A stretch of DNA of 64,000 bases from positions 81,222,001 through 81,286,000 of the forward strand of contig NC_045697.1 of NCBI RefSeq assembly GCF_009834535.1, written 5' to 3'. The position numbers and the translations under genes are program-made. The notes below the pieces were generated by a model that saw only the letters and a program-made list of their open reading frames with translations, was not told the origin of the DNA and did no database searches. This DNA is from Camelus ferus. Taxonomy: Eukaryota. Positions 1 to 12,299 of this stretch are shown here, piece by piece; within the stretch, counting starts at the first letter, position 1, and the number at the start of each line of letters is the position of its first letter.

Positions 1-99
1 CTTGGAAACAAATGAAAATTTTGATGGTAAGCAATTAAGAGGAGGTTGTTTTTATTTTAATTAAAATCAGCAACAAGCTGATAATAGACCAAACAAAAG

Positions 100-972
100 T
101 TTACTACAGATAATCAGGGAAAGAGATAGCTAATGTTACTCCTGGAGTCATAAAAAGCCTCATACACCGACCTCAAAGACTATTGCAAAAAGGACCACAT
201 TTTATTGGTCCAGACTATGGCACAATTTGCACCCTAGGGCACTGTCAAAAACAGTAGAGTGTGTTGTTGGTAATTAGGGTAAGCTCATATCTGGCTAACT
301 TTTATACCAGAGGCAGACAGCTTAACAGAGACATCAGGAAAAGATGCAAACGTAACCTTGCTAAAACTACTGTTATTCCAGAGTGACTGTGCTCCCTCCG
401 TGACACTGAGGCTTCACACTGCAGGGGAAAAAGTCTTCACTTAAATTGCCTGTTCATATACTAAACAAATAAATAAATAAGTAACAATAACAGCAAAACC
501 TTAATGGTAGGGAGAGGGGATCAATATCAAGAGTGCTATAAACATTATTTAAAATGTCCACTTTTAAACAGAAAATTACAAGCTATGCTAAGAAACTGGT
601 AAGTGTGGCCCATACACAGGAAAATAAAGCAAGCAGTGCAAATTGCCTTAAAAGACCCAGATGCCAGATTTAGCAGGCAAAGATTTCAAATATACTCTAA
701 GAACTGAAAATTGATAAGCTGATTCTAAAATTCATATGGTTTCATACATACAGACAGAAAGGAATGTACAATGACAAAGACTCATCAAATAGAGTTGTCA
801 ATACAAATATAGAAATTGTAAAGAAGAATCAAGTGGAAATCCTGGAACTGAAACATACAAATACTGAAACAAAAAATTTACTACATTTTTTCCTAGCTGG
901 CCATTGTGCAGAAATTGATAAGCTGATACTAAAACTGATATGGACATTCAAAGGACCCAAAATGTCCAAACA
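100..972 (+). mobile_element. Old L1M fragment (5' region/ORF1 plus ORF2 pieces)
   Basis: ORF1-like KKNQVEILELKHTNTETKN and ORF2-like EIDKLILKLIWTFKGPK; L1M 5'-region motifs such as aagtgtggcccatacacagg. Confidence 0.8.
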
Positions 973-974
973 AC

Positions 975-1311
975 CTGCATGTTGTGAGTTGCCCTCTGGA
1001 GTGACTCATGTGGCAAGGAACTGAGGCAACAACTGAGAGAAACTCAGGTCCACAGGCCAACAATCCACAAGGAACTGAATCTTGTCAACAGCCTCGTGAG
1101 TGAGCTTCTGAGCTGGTCCACCCTCTGCTTGAGCCTCGACTGCTGCCCTGGCTGACACCTTGGTTGACGTCCTCTGAGAGACCCTGACATGTAGGATCTA
1201 GTTATGCCACATTCAACTTCCCGACCTACATTAACTGTTAGATATTAATGTGTCTGGTTTTAAGTTGTTAAGTTTTGGGCTAACTTTTTATGAAGCAATA
1301 GGTAACAAGTA
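975..1311 (+). mobile_element. MaLR LTR (MLT1E/F-like)
   Basis: catgtggcaaggaactgagg, aaggaactgaatcttgtcaacagc, gctgacaccttg and the terminal gcaataggtaacaagtaca. Confidence 0.8.
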
Positions 1312-2584
1312 CACTCAATTCCTGAAGTATTTTAAGTAGATATTTGTACCACACGGGTGTGTATTCTGCAGGCTCCCTCAGGAACTCATGCAGTTGCTGC
1401 AAGTCTTTTAAACTTTCCTGCGCCTGGATGCTTTGCTTCTTCGTGTTTTCTCTACATCCATCTCATGTGAGTGTCCGCTCTGCTGAGTGCACAGACTGCC
1501 TTACCCATCATTAAGCCTCCAAAATACACTATTTGCTCCATAGTAAACTTTCATTAAATCAATATTTGGTCAAAATTTTGATTAAATAGTATCACCTCTA
1601 CATTTCCTAACATTGAAATACCCTGTTAATTGTACTGATCAGGGTTTCTTGACATCTGGTATTTGTCGCACAGTACAAGGCTATATACTGCATAATTTAG
1701 TAAAGAAACAGGCATAGCAGCTATTGAAAGGTAGCCCGCTCTCTGTTTTATGTTAATGTGCCATTAATTACACTCTCATACTCCTTTTATTTTTAACTGA
1801 AATCTCTACATAGCTGATTTAGTGTGCAGGCCATTATGACACTTGAAGATTGTCCACAGTCACTCTTTGATGAGTTTGGGTTTTATGAGAGCATTTTAAA
1901 TGTCAGAATTTTTCATATCACGAATATTGTGTCTTATTAAGAAAAAACATTATATAAAGTTCTTAAATATGTGTAGCATTTTAAAAGCAGACTTTAAAAA
2001 CCTATGCCTTTATTTCAAGAATACTTCACTTATTTACTCATGAATAAGATTTCCAACTGTTTGACAAAATGTCAAAAAAAAGCACAGCATTTTTGAAGTT
2101 AGCACTGAAGACAAAAAGTACTCTTTTTCCCTTCAGGATTTTTGGTCTGTTACTATTAGTGAACTGAAAAGGCCCCACTCATTCGGAGATTTTAATGCAT
2201 CTATATGCAAAACTTAAAGCAACAAAACACCATTTCGTACTCCCCCCCCTCCCAAATCTACTGTGGAATAAAAATAAATAATTCAGGTTTATCCTACAGG
2301 CATTCTCTCTGTGTTTGAAAAGGAGATGTGGGTTAGGTCAGGAACAATTTTTAGTAACTTTTTCATCAGACATTTTAATATTAGCTGATGATCCTTGTTC
2401 TCTTTAGCCTTAGTTTGTTTGTTGTCATCTTTGAAGTCTTGCTTCTATTTAGTGACAGCAAAAAACATTATTTAGCAAGAGAAAGAATTAAAAAATATTT
2501 CCCCCCACCCCATCGCCATACAAGTGTAGCATCTTATAATGACCATATCTTGGCTGCCTGTGCAAATCGTTAGAATCACCTTCT

Positions 2585-2730
2585 ATACAAATATACATGT
2601 GCATGCACACACTCACATGGCATGTGTTCATGGATTAAAGATGTAAATATATATATACACACACACACATGCAACATACACACGCGTGCATGGATTAAAC
2701 ATATTGCCTACATAAGTATGCATGGGTTAA
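2585..2730. repeat. Degenerate (CA)/(TA) tract with an approximately 60-bp internal duplication
   Basis: catggattaaa at 2629 and 2689, variant catgggttaa at 2721. Confidence 0.7.
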
Positions 2731-3184
2731 GAAATGACCATACTTCATAGTAATAATGGTTCTTCTAACATAATGAAGTAAAGAAACACTCTTGCATATG
2801 TTTTTCTCATGATTTTTAGACATATTAGAACAGAAAATAAACTCTATCCCAAGAGAATTCAGAGAAATTCTACCAAAAACACATTTTGATTGATTGCCTA
2901 ATTTTTTAAGATATCAATATACAGCTATGTTATTTGAATCACTTTTGTAAATCTTGTGAGAACAACTGTGCTTTCCACTCATAATCCCTCTGCCAGCCAA
3001 GGTCATCCCAAGGAACAGGGAGGAATGTCAGCATGGAATAAGAAGGAGATTTAAACACTTTTGATTTTTTTCAGTATAAACTGGTCATTTAGTTTGAAAA
3101 TCTCTTTCCATAATTGCTTCAGTTCCAGCTAGATGAGTATTTCAAGACATTCATTCCAAATTTGTGGACTGACGTTGTCAATGA

Positions 3185-3430
3185 TCACGGAATTTTAGAA
3201 TTGGAATTGATCAGTGGCTTATCTGGTCCAGTGCTTTTGGTTGGCAGATGAGCTGATGTAAATTAATTACCTAAAAACTCTGTAGTTTCGAGAATGAAAA
3301 AGGGAATCATTACCATTTCAAGGGAGGAAACCGAGGCATGAAGACATTAAATGAGTTGCCAGCTGTGTTAGAACTTGTTACTAGCAGTCAGGGCTAAAAT
3401 GTAGCCTGCCAATATAGTGCTTTCCACTAT
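3185..3430 (-). mobile_element. MIR/MIR3 SINE fragments
   Basis: ggaattttagaattggaa...cagatgag and gaggaaaccgaggc core. Confidence 0.65.
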
Positions 3431-4239
3431 CCTATTCCCATCTTGATATCGTTGAGGGTTTTGAAGTGTCATCTGGATATGAAAAGATACTAATTTAATA
3501 AGAAAGAAATACATTTCCTGGCTCTCTGGACAACACACATATTGTCATCCTATGCTTACAGTTACAGGTGGGGTTCTGTGTGTCACTGCTTGGAGTCCTG
3601 AGAAGTTTTATTGAGCTTAATACCAGAAGGAAAAGGACAATGTCATTTCAGTATGTGTGTTTAACGGACTTCACTTTAGTTGTAATATTTTGATTATGCA
3701 ACATATAATAAGATTTTGTTTTTCTTATACAAAATACATTTATAGGTTTCAGTCTAGCTTCTAGCTACACTGACTAAACAAATGTAATTGTTCTGAATGG
3801 ACTCCAAATAGCTTTCAACATTTCATTACAAAGCAATTACATCTGAGTCTTTCCCAGTGCTTTCAGCATGGCTTTTAAAAAAGAAATTACACAAACAGGT
3901 GAAATCAACCATTATGAAATATAATCTACATGCCTAAAAAGCAAGGCTTCAGAGTGAGAATGAAATGGGGGAGGTTTAAGCCAAATGATAAACACAGTTT
4001 ATTTTCAAGGTAACCGCACTAGGAAAATTCAGCATGCATGCTCAAGGGAAGTTTATTTTTTGTAAAGGGAATATTTACTTAATTTTCCAATGTTATGAAG
4101 CAGTACAAAATTTGTTAGACATTCCCTAAAAGTAAGTGAAGATCAATCTCTTGTGAGTCCATATATTGAAAAATATTTGGCTTTGTAAAAGCAGGACTGA
4201 ACTGCATACTTGTCTGGATTTACAAAGATCGTAATTGAT

Positions 4240-4470
4240 TAACACCTACTGAATGTTTATCGCATGCCTGGCACTGCTCTAAGCACTTTATTATATGTAT
4301 CCTCAAACAGTCCTCACAGGTAGTTGCCACGGTTGTTCTCGTTTTTACAGATGAGGAAACTAAGGCTAAGAAATTTTTGTCCAAGATCAAGCAGCCATTG
4401 ATGGAAGGTCAGGATTCAAACACAGGCATTCTGGTGCTTGAGTCCATGATCTTAACTGCTCTGTATGCTA
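4240..4470 (-). mobile_element. MIR SINE (near full length)
   Basis: ttttacagatgaggaaactaaggct core, ccaagatca, ggattcaaacacagg. Confidence 0.88.
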
Positions 4471-4699
4471 CCCACACTTACTAGTAAGGATCCTGTTTAT
4501 GTGCAGATCTGACCCAGGTCTGGGGATGTAGAGGTGGAAAGAGGGGTGAGTCATTAACACAATACTGAGACACAACATTGTAAAATATGATGCTTATCTG
4601 GCCTTGGGTCTATGCCTCCTAATTTGACTTTTAAAAAATGAAACATGTCAGTAATCACATAGTGCAAATGAACTGCTTATTTTAAATGAAAACTTTAAG

Positions 4700-4850
4700 A
4701 AAGAGGTTTTAACTGGGGCTCAGGGTCTTTGGGGGATTCACAGACTCCTTGTGACAATCTGCCCCACCGTGTGAAGATGTGAGACTGTGCCTCTGAGTAT
4801 TTTTCTGGGGAAAAGATTTCTTTCACTCAATTGTTAAAGGGATACCTGAC
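4700..4850. mobile_element. Ancient hAT-Charlie-type MITE fragment (subfamily uncertain)
   Basis: tttttctggggaaaag...ttaaagggatacctgac resembles old Charlie-family MITEs. Confidence 0.45.
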
Positions 4851-4867
4851 TTCCTTGCTGTCTAGCA

Positions 4868-5209
4868 CAGGGGTGGGCAAACTTTTTCAGTAAAGGTCCA
4901 GATACTAAATATTTTAGGCTTTGTGGGACATAGAATCTCTTTTGAAACTACCCAACTCTGCTGTTATAGTGAAAAAGCAGCTGCAGACAATACATAAAGA
5001 GTGTGGTAGTGTTCCTGGAGCACTTTATTTCTGGACATTGAAATTTGAATCTGATATAATTTTTATGTAACAAAATATGTCTTTGATTGTTTTTCAATCA
5101 TTTATAAGTGTAATTAAAAAAACCCAAACAAAATGAGCTTAGCTTGAGAACAATAAGAAGCAAGCAGTAGGCCAGATGTGGCCTACGGGCCACAGTTTGG
5201 GAAATCTTA
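4868..5209 (+). mobile_element. MER58B-like hAT-Charlie DNA transposon
   Basis: caggggtgggcaaactttttcagtaaaggtccagata...ggccagatgtggcctacgggccacagtttg; about 340 bp. Confidence 0.88.
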
Positions 5210-5217
5210 GTCCGGAG

Positions 5218-5399
5218 CAGTGGTTCTCAAGAGTGTAGTCCCAGGAGCACGGGCATCATTTGAGAATTTGTTGGAAATGCAAATTCTCAGGCCTCTCGGA
5301 CAATCTACTACAACTGAAATTCCAGAAGTGGGCCTGGCAGCTATGTTTTAAAGAAGTTTTCTAGGTGAAAAAAATGCTGCTCAAGTTTGAGAACCATTG
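5218..5399 (+). mobile_element. MER5A hAT-Charlie MITE
   Basis: TIRs cagtggttctcaa and tttgagaaccattg; internal gaaatgcaaattctcaggcc. Confidence 0.9.
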
Positions 5400-5424
5400 G
5401 TCCAGGATCACTGCTGTAATGATT

Positions 5425-5530
5425 CAATTCATCCATCCATTCATTCACCCTGGCAACAAATGCTTTTTGAGAGGGCAGTTATCGTGCACCAGGAATACAA
5501 TGGATAAAGTACTCTTCTCCCTCTTCACAG
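5425..5530 (-). mobile_element. L2 3' tail fragment
   Basis: ttcatccatccattcattca...caacaaatgctttttgag. Confidence 0.6.
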
Positions 5531-5558
5531 AGGCAAGAATAATCCTTCCGTTTTAAAG

Positions 5559-5786
5559 CAGGAGATAGTAACTTTCTGACCATGACCTATTTTTTGAAAT
5601 ACACATCGTGACCCAATACATATAGACACACATGCCTGAAACAAAATAATACAAAGCAATATGTACCCTTAATACTTGTGATGCACTCTGGTAGCTTCTG
5701 CTCCATTCCATTTCTATTGGATTAAATCCAATAAATTGATTTTATGATCCACTAATACATCACAACTCATAGTTCAAAAAATCCTG
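5559..5786. mobile_element. Ancient hAT-Charlie-type MITE
   Basis: The terminus taaattgattttatgatccactaat...tagttcaaaaaatcctg is typical of old Charlie MITEs. Confidence 0.55.
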
Positions 5787-5803
5787 CAATGAAATGTACT
5801 CAC

Positions 5804-5958
5804 CAGTGCAAATTCCTTGTTGAGAATCATCTGCTCAACTAAAGATGACTCATTGTGGAAGAGGTGGGGCTGCATGTGGCTCCACATGTGAGGAAACCAC
5901 CAGAACTCATCCACAGACCGAAGCAAAAGGTCATCTCCTTCATCTTCCTCTTCGGTCC
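5804..5958 (-). CDS. NDST4: NDST4 internal coding exon, 155 bp (human exon 4 equivalent), N-deacetylase domain with HMWSH motif
   Basis: Minus strand ttatacgctttacag|GGACCGAAG...TTTGCACTG|gtgagt translates to (G)[51 protein letters not shown]. It joins in frame to the 88-bp exon. LLLRS and NKEF are NDST4-type (NDST3 has CLLGS and NKKF). Confidence 0.97.
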
Positions 5959-6109
5959 CTGTAAAGCGTATAAAAATGGCATAAGTGAAAGCCTTGTATT
6001 AGCTGAAAGGCTACGTTTGTCAGATTTTTATTATTCTTCTTGCTACTGATACATAAATCCAATTTTGTGTTGTTTTAATACAAGAAAAATGACCACAGCC
6101 TAAATGACA

Positions 6110-6300
6110 TCAGGGGCAATGGTGTTGGGGGTTGGGATGGGGTGGGGCAAGTGTGGTGGTCCCAGGTGCAGATGGTTGTTTAATTTAGAAGTAGGGCTAT
6201 TTTATCACTGACATTGTTTATAATTGCTAGCATATGGTGGTAATAAAAAAAAACAACAGACTGAGTTTTAGTTTATTTTTGTTTTAAATTTATCAACTGT
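6110..6300. mobile_element. Ancient hAT-like DNA transposon fragment (subfamily uncertain)
   Basis: attttatcactgacattgtttataattgctagcatatggtggtaataaaaa resembles a mammal-wide hAT consensus. Confidence 0.45.
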
Positions 6301-6429
6301 TAATTCTCTCCTTTATTGCATATACAGGAGAAACCTGAAGACAGATGAATATTCTTTTTACTGAAAAATATTTCTGCATATAAATCTAACATTGAGCTGA
6401 AAAATTTTTAATGTAATTGATGACGTTTG

Positions 6430-6710
6430 TTTCTGTTTTTCTGATTATACAAATATGTGATGTGAACTTATTGAAGAAACATAGAAAGCACAGACAAGTG
6501 ATACATACAACTCAAAAACAAAAACTAAACAAAAACCCCCAAACCATCTTCCAGAACTAGCCAGTGGAAACATTTTGGTATCTTTCATTAAATCTTTTTC
6601 TACTTATTTTTTTAAAAGTTGAGGTCTTATTGTATAAATATGTTTGTGTCCTTACATTTTCAACTTACCATTATAAACATAAACATTTCCCATTTTGATA
6701 CAGACATTTC
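6430..6710 (-). mobile_element. L1ME 3' end fragment
   Basis: ttctgattatacaaat...aacattttggtat...aacatttcccat pattern. Confidence 0.55.
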
Positions 6711-7244
6711 ATAAAATGTAAACAATAAATCTATGAACACAATAGAAGCGGCTTGAGAATTTAAAACTAAAATATTAATTTCTCATCCTCTATTAGGAAA
6801 ATTTGTTAACAATGCCCAATGCGTGGAAAAAAGCCGTATGTCATGCCACAAGTGGGAAAAAAAGAAAGAAAAACAACATCAGCAACTTACTTCTAAGGGA
6901 ATTCACTGTAACTATCCAAGAACACCATCACTGTATGACTCATACAGATTTTCTACAATTTTACAATATTCAGTCCGATTTAAAACTATTCTAAGTTGAT
7001 AGTATAAGAATTGAGTCCTATGTGGGCTCTAGATTCTTAACTAAGTAAGTACAGCATGAGGTATATTTATTTGGAATATTTTTTCAAATTAGAATATGTT
7101 TTATAGATAATTTTATATTCTTAAGTTAAGTTGAACAAATAAATATTAAAGATCTTTTTTTTTTAAAGAGTCTTCCTCAAATACTCCGTTTGTGTGTGTG
7201 TCCTACAGTACATACTGCATGGATCATGTAGTAGTGCCATGAAA

Positions 7245-7435
7245 TGGTTTAAAACCTGCATTTGTGAGGCATATATGTGATCTTGTACACTTAACTTCTG
7301 AGTCTTGGTTACCTGGTTTAAAATGGGGATATAAATGTCCATCTCATAGGCTCTTGTGAAGAGTCAATGAGATCAACTTATTAAGCCACTTAACATTGTG
7401 ACTTGCAGACAGTAAGCATTTCATAAATGTTAGGA
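7245..7435 (+). mobile_element. MIR SINE
   Basis: aaaatggggatata...ctcataggctcttgtgaagagtcaatgagatc...taaatgttag. Confidence 0.8.
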
Positions 7436-8841
7436 TCATTTTCTTCTTAAAAATAAATCTACCGGCTTATACCTGCGGTGTTCTAAATTTACACACTTTT
7501 ACACATTCTTAAAAACATTGCCGGCCTAGATGATTAAATTCTTAAAGTCTGGATCCCTTTAACTTACATTGTCTCATGCCACTTCCCCAGGAGAGTAAAT
7601 ACGGGAATAATTTAGTTCTGTCTGTCTGTGTTAATATATAGTCAGTGAACTTCAGAGCCTTCATATGTCTGCTTAAGTGCATGTCAACTTTTGTGTGTAT
7701 TTAAGCGTAGCATCCTTCCTGGTACGTAGTTCACAATCCACAGTTTTCAAAAGGTGGAAGGACCACCAAGTTTAATTAGCGTTTTGGCACTATTACTACT
7801 GTAACAGTTGCTACTAAAGGATAAAGAAATATTAGTTTTGAAAGTGATGAAGTTCTATGAATAAGATGAACAGACAAAAATTCTTAATTTTTGTTAACTT
7901 GAGCCAAAATTGTTAGCAATATAGACTTACAATTCATTAAGCTTTAATATATTAAGAATTTCAAATATTGAAATCCAAATGAAGGGAAGTTTGGCACTTC
8001 CTTCAGATAGATTTAAGTATGAATTGTTTATACTATAGACCAAGTGTTTCTCATGGTCATAATTTAGCAGACTAAGGCGTAAGTTAGAAAGAGCTACTTT
8101 ATGTCACATGTGATGAATGAATTGATGGTTCTCCCACAGTTCTGTTGTGCTTTGAATATAGAATGTGTGAGAAACGCTTCCATTCACTTTGAACTCCACA
8201 GACTGTTACTGGAAGAGGCAGGAAGCACATTATGCATACTTGACCAGGAAGGAGGTCAATTACTCAATTTAAAGAAAAAATTTTGCAGACTATTCATATA
8301 AACAGATGCATGACTGATCATAAAATCTTGGTAATTTTTATACCAGAGAGTGTGTTAATTTATAAGCACTCCCTACAAGGTTAGAAGTGATATTTAAAAC
8401 CTCTTTTTTTTTTTTTTTTTGACTCCATAGATTAATTTCCCATCAGCCTTTTTCTCATTTTATACAGGTCATATAATTCAAAGCCACATAAGGCCAGCTC
8501 ATGACACTAGAAATTGCTTAATGAAAAATATGACATTAAGTCATGCTGAGGGACCAAAGCAGAATTTCAAATGTTTTCAAATCCAACTAAATGAAAATAT
8601 TAAATTTTTGACTCACTGTAAACACGTATTTTTCTATACCTAACTGATGTTTAAATGACATGTGAGACTATAATTTGTAGTTCATACTTCACTATATTTA
8701 TCACTAGTGCCTGTTCATTAAAGGGTCTATGTTCAAACTGAGCCTTTCACTTCTAACTTGGTCTAGATTCAAACTTACATCATTATTAATTAAAAATATG
8801 ATAGTTTTTGCTCTCATTTAAAAGTTAAGTCATTTTTCTTT

Positions 8842-8945
8842 TTTAAATTGAAGTATAGTCAGTTTATAATGTTCTGTCAATTTCTGGTGTATAGCACAAT
8901 GCTTCAGTCATACATGAATATACATATATTTGTTTTCATATTCTA
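8842..8945 (-). mobile_element. Short, 5'-truncated young L1 3' end (cetartiodactyl/camelid type)
   Basis: attgaagtatagtcagtttataatgtt...ttcagtcatacatgaatatacatatat, flanked by an 11/12 TSD tcatttttcttt (8830-8841) and tcattttacttt (8946-8957). Confidence 0.8.
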
Positions 8946-9504
8946 TCATTTTACTTTCCTAATTAGCAGTGTTTTAATTCAGAAATAAACTATTTAAGAA
9001 CTCATTTCTTTGTCTCCCCTCTTGGAGGATATGTGCTATGAGAAGACAGTGTACTTCTAAAAGTTTTAAGTCTGCCAAAATAAGAATAATTTTAGCAGGA
9101 TCTGGGCTATAGGTTAGTCTCCACTAGGCACAGTGTGACATTAAAATTAGAAACATAAAATTCTAGTGCTGCGTTATTGCTTTTGTACAAATGTTTGTCT
9201 TATATTTGCTACTATATATGAAAAATTATAATCCCTAAATGGCAAAAAGACATTTCTAACTTTCTTTGTACACTGAACCTGGCACAGGTTCATATTGGTG
9301 AGTATAGAATAATTTTAAACAGCATACTAAATAAAAAGAATTGTTTGGTAATGAAAATTGATTAAAAATTATCTATAGTTCAAAAATTGAAAAATAGATA
9401 GTACTTGATTTTTATACAAAAATACTTTTAAAACTCAATAATAAATACATAGCATGACATGTGTCATGTAACACATGTAAATAAGAGACATGTACATAAG
9501 AGAG

Positions 9505-9640
9505 ATATTATTATTTTTCCCATTTTGGAGATGCAGAAATTGAGGCACAGAAAAGTAATCTGTTTATGTTCACATAGTTAGTGAAATGTCAGAGCCTGGA
9601 ATTAAACAAAAGCGGGCTGTTTCCAATGTCTTTTTGAACC
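9505..9640 (-). mobile_element. MIR SINE
   Basis: cccattttggagatgcagaaattgaggcacaga...tcacatagttagtgaaatgtcagagcc. Confidence 0.8.
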
Positions 9641-10822
9641 AATGTTATACAGAAAAGCGAAAACAAAAACAAACAAAAGAGAATGAATGTAACATTGCTT
9701 TTTCCGTTATTAAAAGTTGATAGTTTTATATAAAAGTCTATTTTCTTGTAAAATGAACTCTCATGGAAAAAGAGCAATATTTATCCAATTTGCAAATATT
9801 ATACATGAGGTAATTGTTTGAGTCATATTCAATTTATTATCAATTACGAAGAATGGAACTGATTGTCACTAGAAATCATGTCCTACAAGAAATATTTGCA
9901 GCCCTTCATTCCTACAAGCATCTTAATCGTGTCATATCTCCATTTTTCACCTGAGCCTTCACTGTGCAGTTCTAATCAAGCTTTAAATATTGCCAGACTA
10001 GAATATTTTACTCTGAACTCCATGCCTTTATTGTTCTACTTTTAATCAACAGTATGTCTTTCTCCTTTCAATGTGGCGCCTGTGAGTGACTGCCTTTTGG
10101 GGAAGGCTTAGTAATATGTCCTTTTTTGGGTGAGATTGTTTTTAGCGTGTGAAGGACAGAGAAACTGAACAGGAAAGAATACATGGGAAATACAAATAAA
10201 TGAAGCGGCCTAAGAATGCAGAATCTATCATTATTGCACTGGGCATATGTGATTAAATGTCCTCAGAACGATAAGGCTCATCAATCAGCATCTTCGTGCC
10301 CTGGGAAATTAGGTCATCCTGGGAGAGAGCTGAGACAGGCCTTGTGACAAGGCCATCTTCTCATGGTTACACATCCCAGTCAAGCGCACAGGTAAGGGAA
10401 GCGCTCTTCTGATTTGTCAGCCTCCTGATAGTGAAACCTCCATATAGGAGTGTGATTAGACAGGGAAGAGGCACGCCCTCCCGATAGTGGGTATCATCAG
10501 TGTTTAACTCCACTGTGGAAGAACCGTGATATCCTCGAGTGAATAAGTAAGTACTTAATATAGTATGATTGCACCCTTGAAAAATGTTATGGACGCATTT
10601 CAATATAGCAAATCAAATAAAGTTTCATATGTATGTGAAGTTAATTAAACCTCTAGGACTTATATATATATGTGTGTGTATATGTATATATTACAGTGTA
10701 GTCTCTAAAATGCACTGTCAGTGCAGCATAACAGAAGAGAGTGCTTCTCCCATTATTTTTATTAGGTCAGTACCAACAGAAAGTGTCAATGAGGTCCATT
10801 TAAGACATGCAATTAAAATGTC

Positions 10823-10852
10823 TTTTTTTTGTTGTTGTTGTTGTTGTTGTTT
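10823..10852. repeat. (GTT)n microsatellite
   Basis: T-run followed by about 7 GTT units. Confidence 0.9.
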
Positions 10853-12239
10853 GATATCCTCCTCCAACAACCATCCCTGTGATATTAGCTAGTGTGCTAT
10901 TCATTTCTGAGTGGATGTGTAGTACAAACATGTTCAGGAAAAAGAAATGGGAAGTGTTATAACCTGCTATCAACATTAACTCTGCAAATGTCTGGCAGGT
11001 TTAATAGGTCTCAATATGAAAAGCAAATAAAAGCTGAGGCAGTTATCCAGATATATTTCAGCCAAAAAATGATTTTACTTACCCTATACGGCTATTTAAG
11101 ACAAAATAGTATTGTTTGTGTGTGAATTCCAAATAATCCCATATTTTTCCCCCAGCATGAGGAGATACAGCCTTAGAGTTATCTACTTTATAACTTCATA
11201 GTCAATGCTTCTTAGGTCTGAACTCATTTCTTGAGGGGGCTTTTGAAAAAGATTTACAAAACCATGTCTATTTTCAAAATTGTAAGCTAGAATTGCTTTG
11301 CCTGTGCAGATATGCTGACCCAAATCTTTTTCTGCAAAATGTCCTTTTAAAATATGCAATGATTTGATTTATCAACTGGTCTAAATACAAATTATCCTTC
11401 TATTACTTTAAACAGTTTTACATGTTTCAAAGCAGGAGAAAAAAAAGCACAAAAGAAAAGCCAATAAGACATTGCTGCTTCAATATTCTAAGAAACCAGG
11501 CTGAGCCTATTTGGGTAAACATTAAAAAGTCTCTTTGGGTAAACGAACTGCATTTATGATAATTAAAGACTACCTTTGCATGGGAATTTTTAATGAGTCA
11601 ATAAACTGCATGCACGCATAGAGAATACTAGGAAATGTTTTCACTAAGATACTATAAAGTAACAACAAGGCAAAGTCCTAAACAAAGCATTTAGCTTTCA
11701 CTACAGATTCAGAAATAGGAACAGATAATAGGTATTGCCCTAGTACAGGCTCTGAGACACCACTTTGTGCCATTTTTGTTATTATTATAAGACAATCACT
11801 TTTACGCACATACTTTTGTCTATACTAGTGCCTGACATTATAACGCTGCTCCTCAGAAAATGAGAGTCACATTCTGGAGGTGAAGATGGATAAAGAAGTG
11901 AGAAATATCAGAACATAGAGTAGTGCAGGAACGCTAACCACGTTCTGAGAATTTGTTGAGAGGCTGAGACTGAACAGAGGTGCAACTGTGACCCGATAAA
12001 TGTGGAAAGAACTACAAGACTGACTGTGATGGGTTTAATGCATGTTGGGTCAAGTCATTCTAATATTTTTAAAGAAAATCCTGCAAGGGATGGTAAATTC
12101 AGCAAGATGATTCTGAAAATCTAGTAAACTTCTTTGGGGCTATAAAATTCCTCTCTCATCATCAGATATTTTACAAAGGAAAATAATATATACAAAACTG
12201 GCTGTCACCTAGATTGTCCTATAATTTAAAAGCACTGTC

Positions 12240-12299
12240 CATTATCATTATCACCATTATTATGCCATTGTCATCATTATCATCATCATGGTCACCATG
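12240..12299. repeat. (CAT/TAT)n degenerate trinucleotide tract
   Basis: cattatcattatcaccattattatgccattgtcatcattatcatcatcatg. Confidence 0.75.

Larger units (their letters stand above)
1..5803 (-). other. NDST4: 5' portion of the NDST4 intron following the 155-bp exon
   Basis: Donor gtgagt at 5803; the next exon (EHGIP...) was not found in the window. Confidence 0.88.

Noticed and set aside
1563..1588. AT-rich quasi-palindrome centred on tcaaaattttga
   Set aside because: Low complexity and expected by chance in AT-rich DNA.
3114..3252. Protein-like frame LLQFQLDEYFKTFIPNLWTDVVNDHGILELEL
   Set aside because: The second half is MIR3-derived and there are no proper splice signals.
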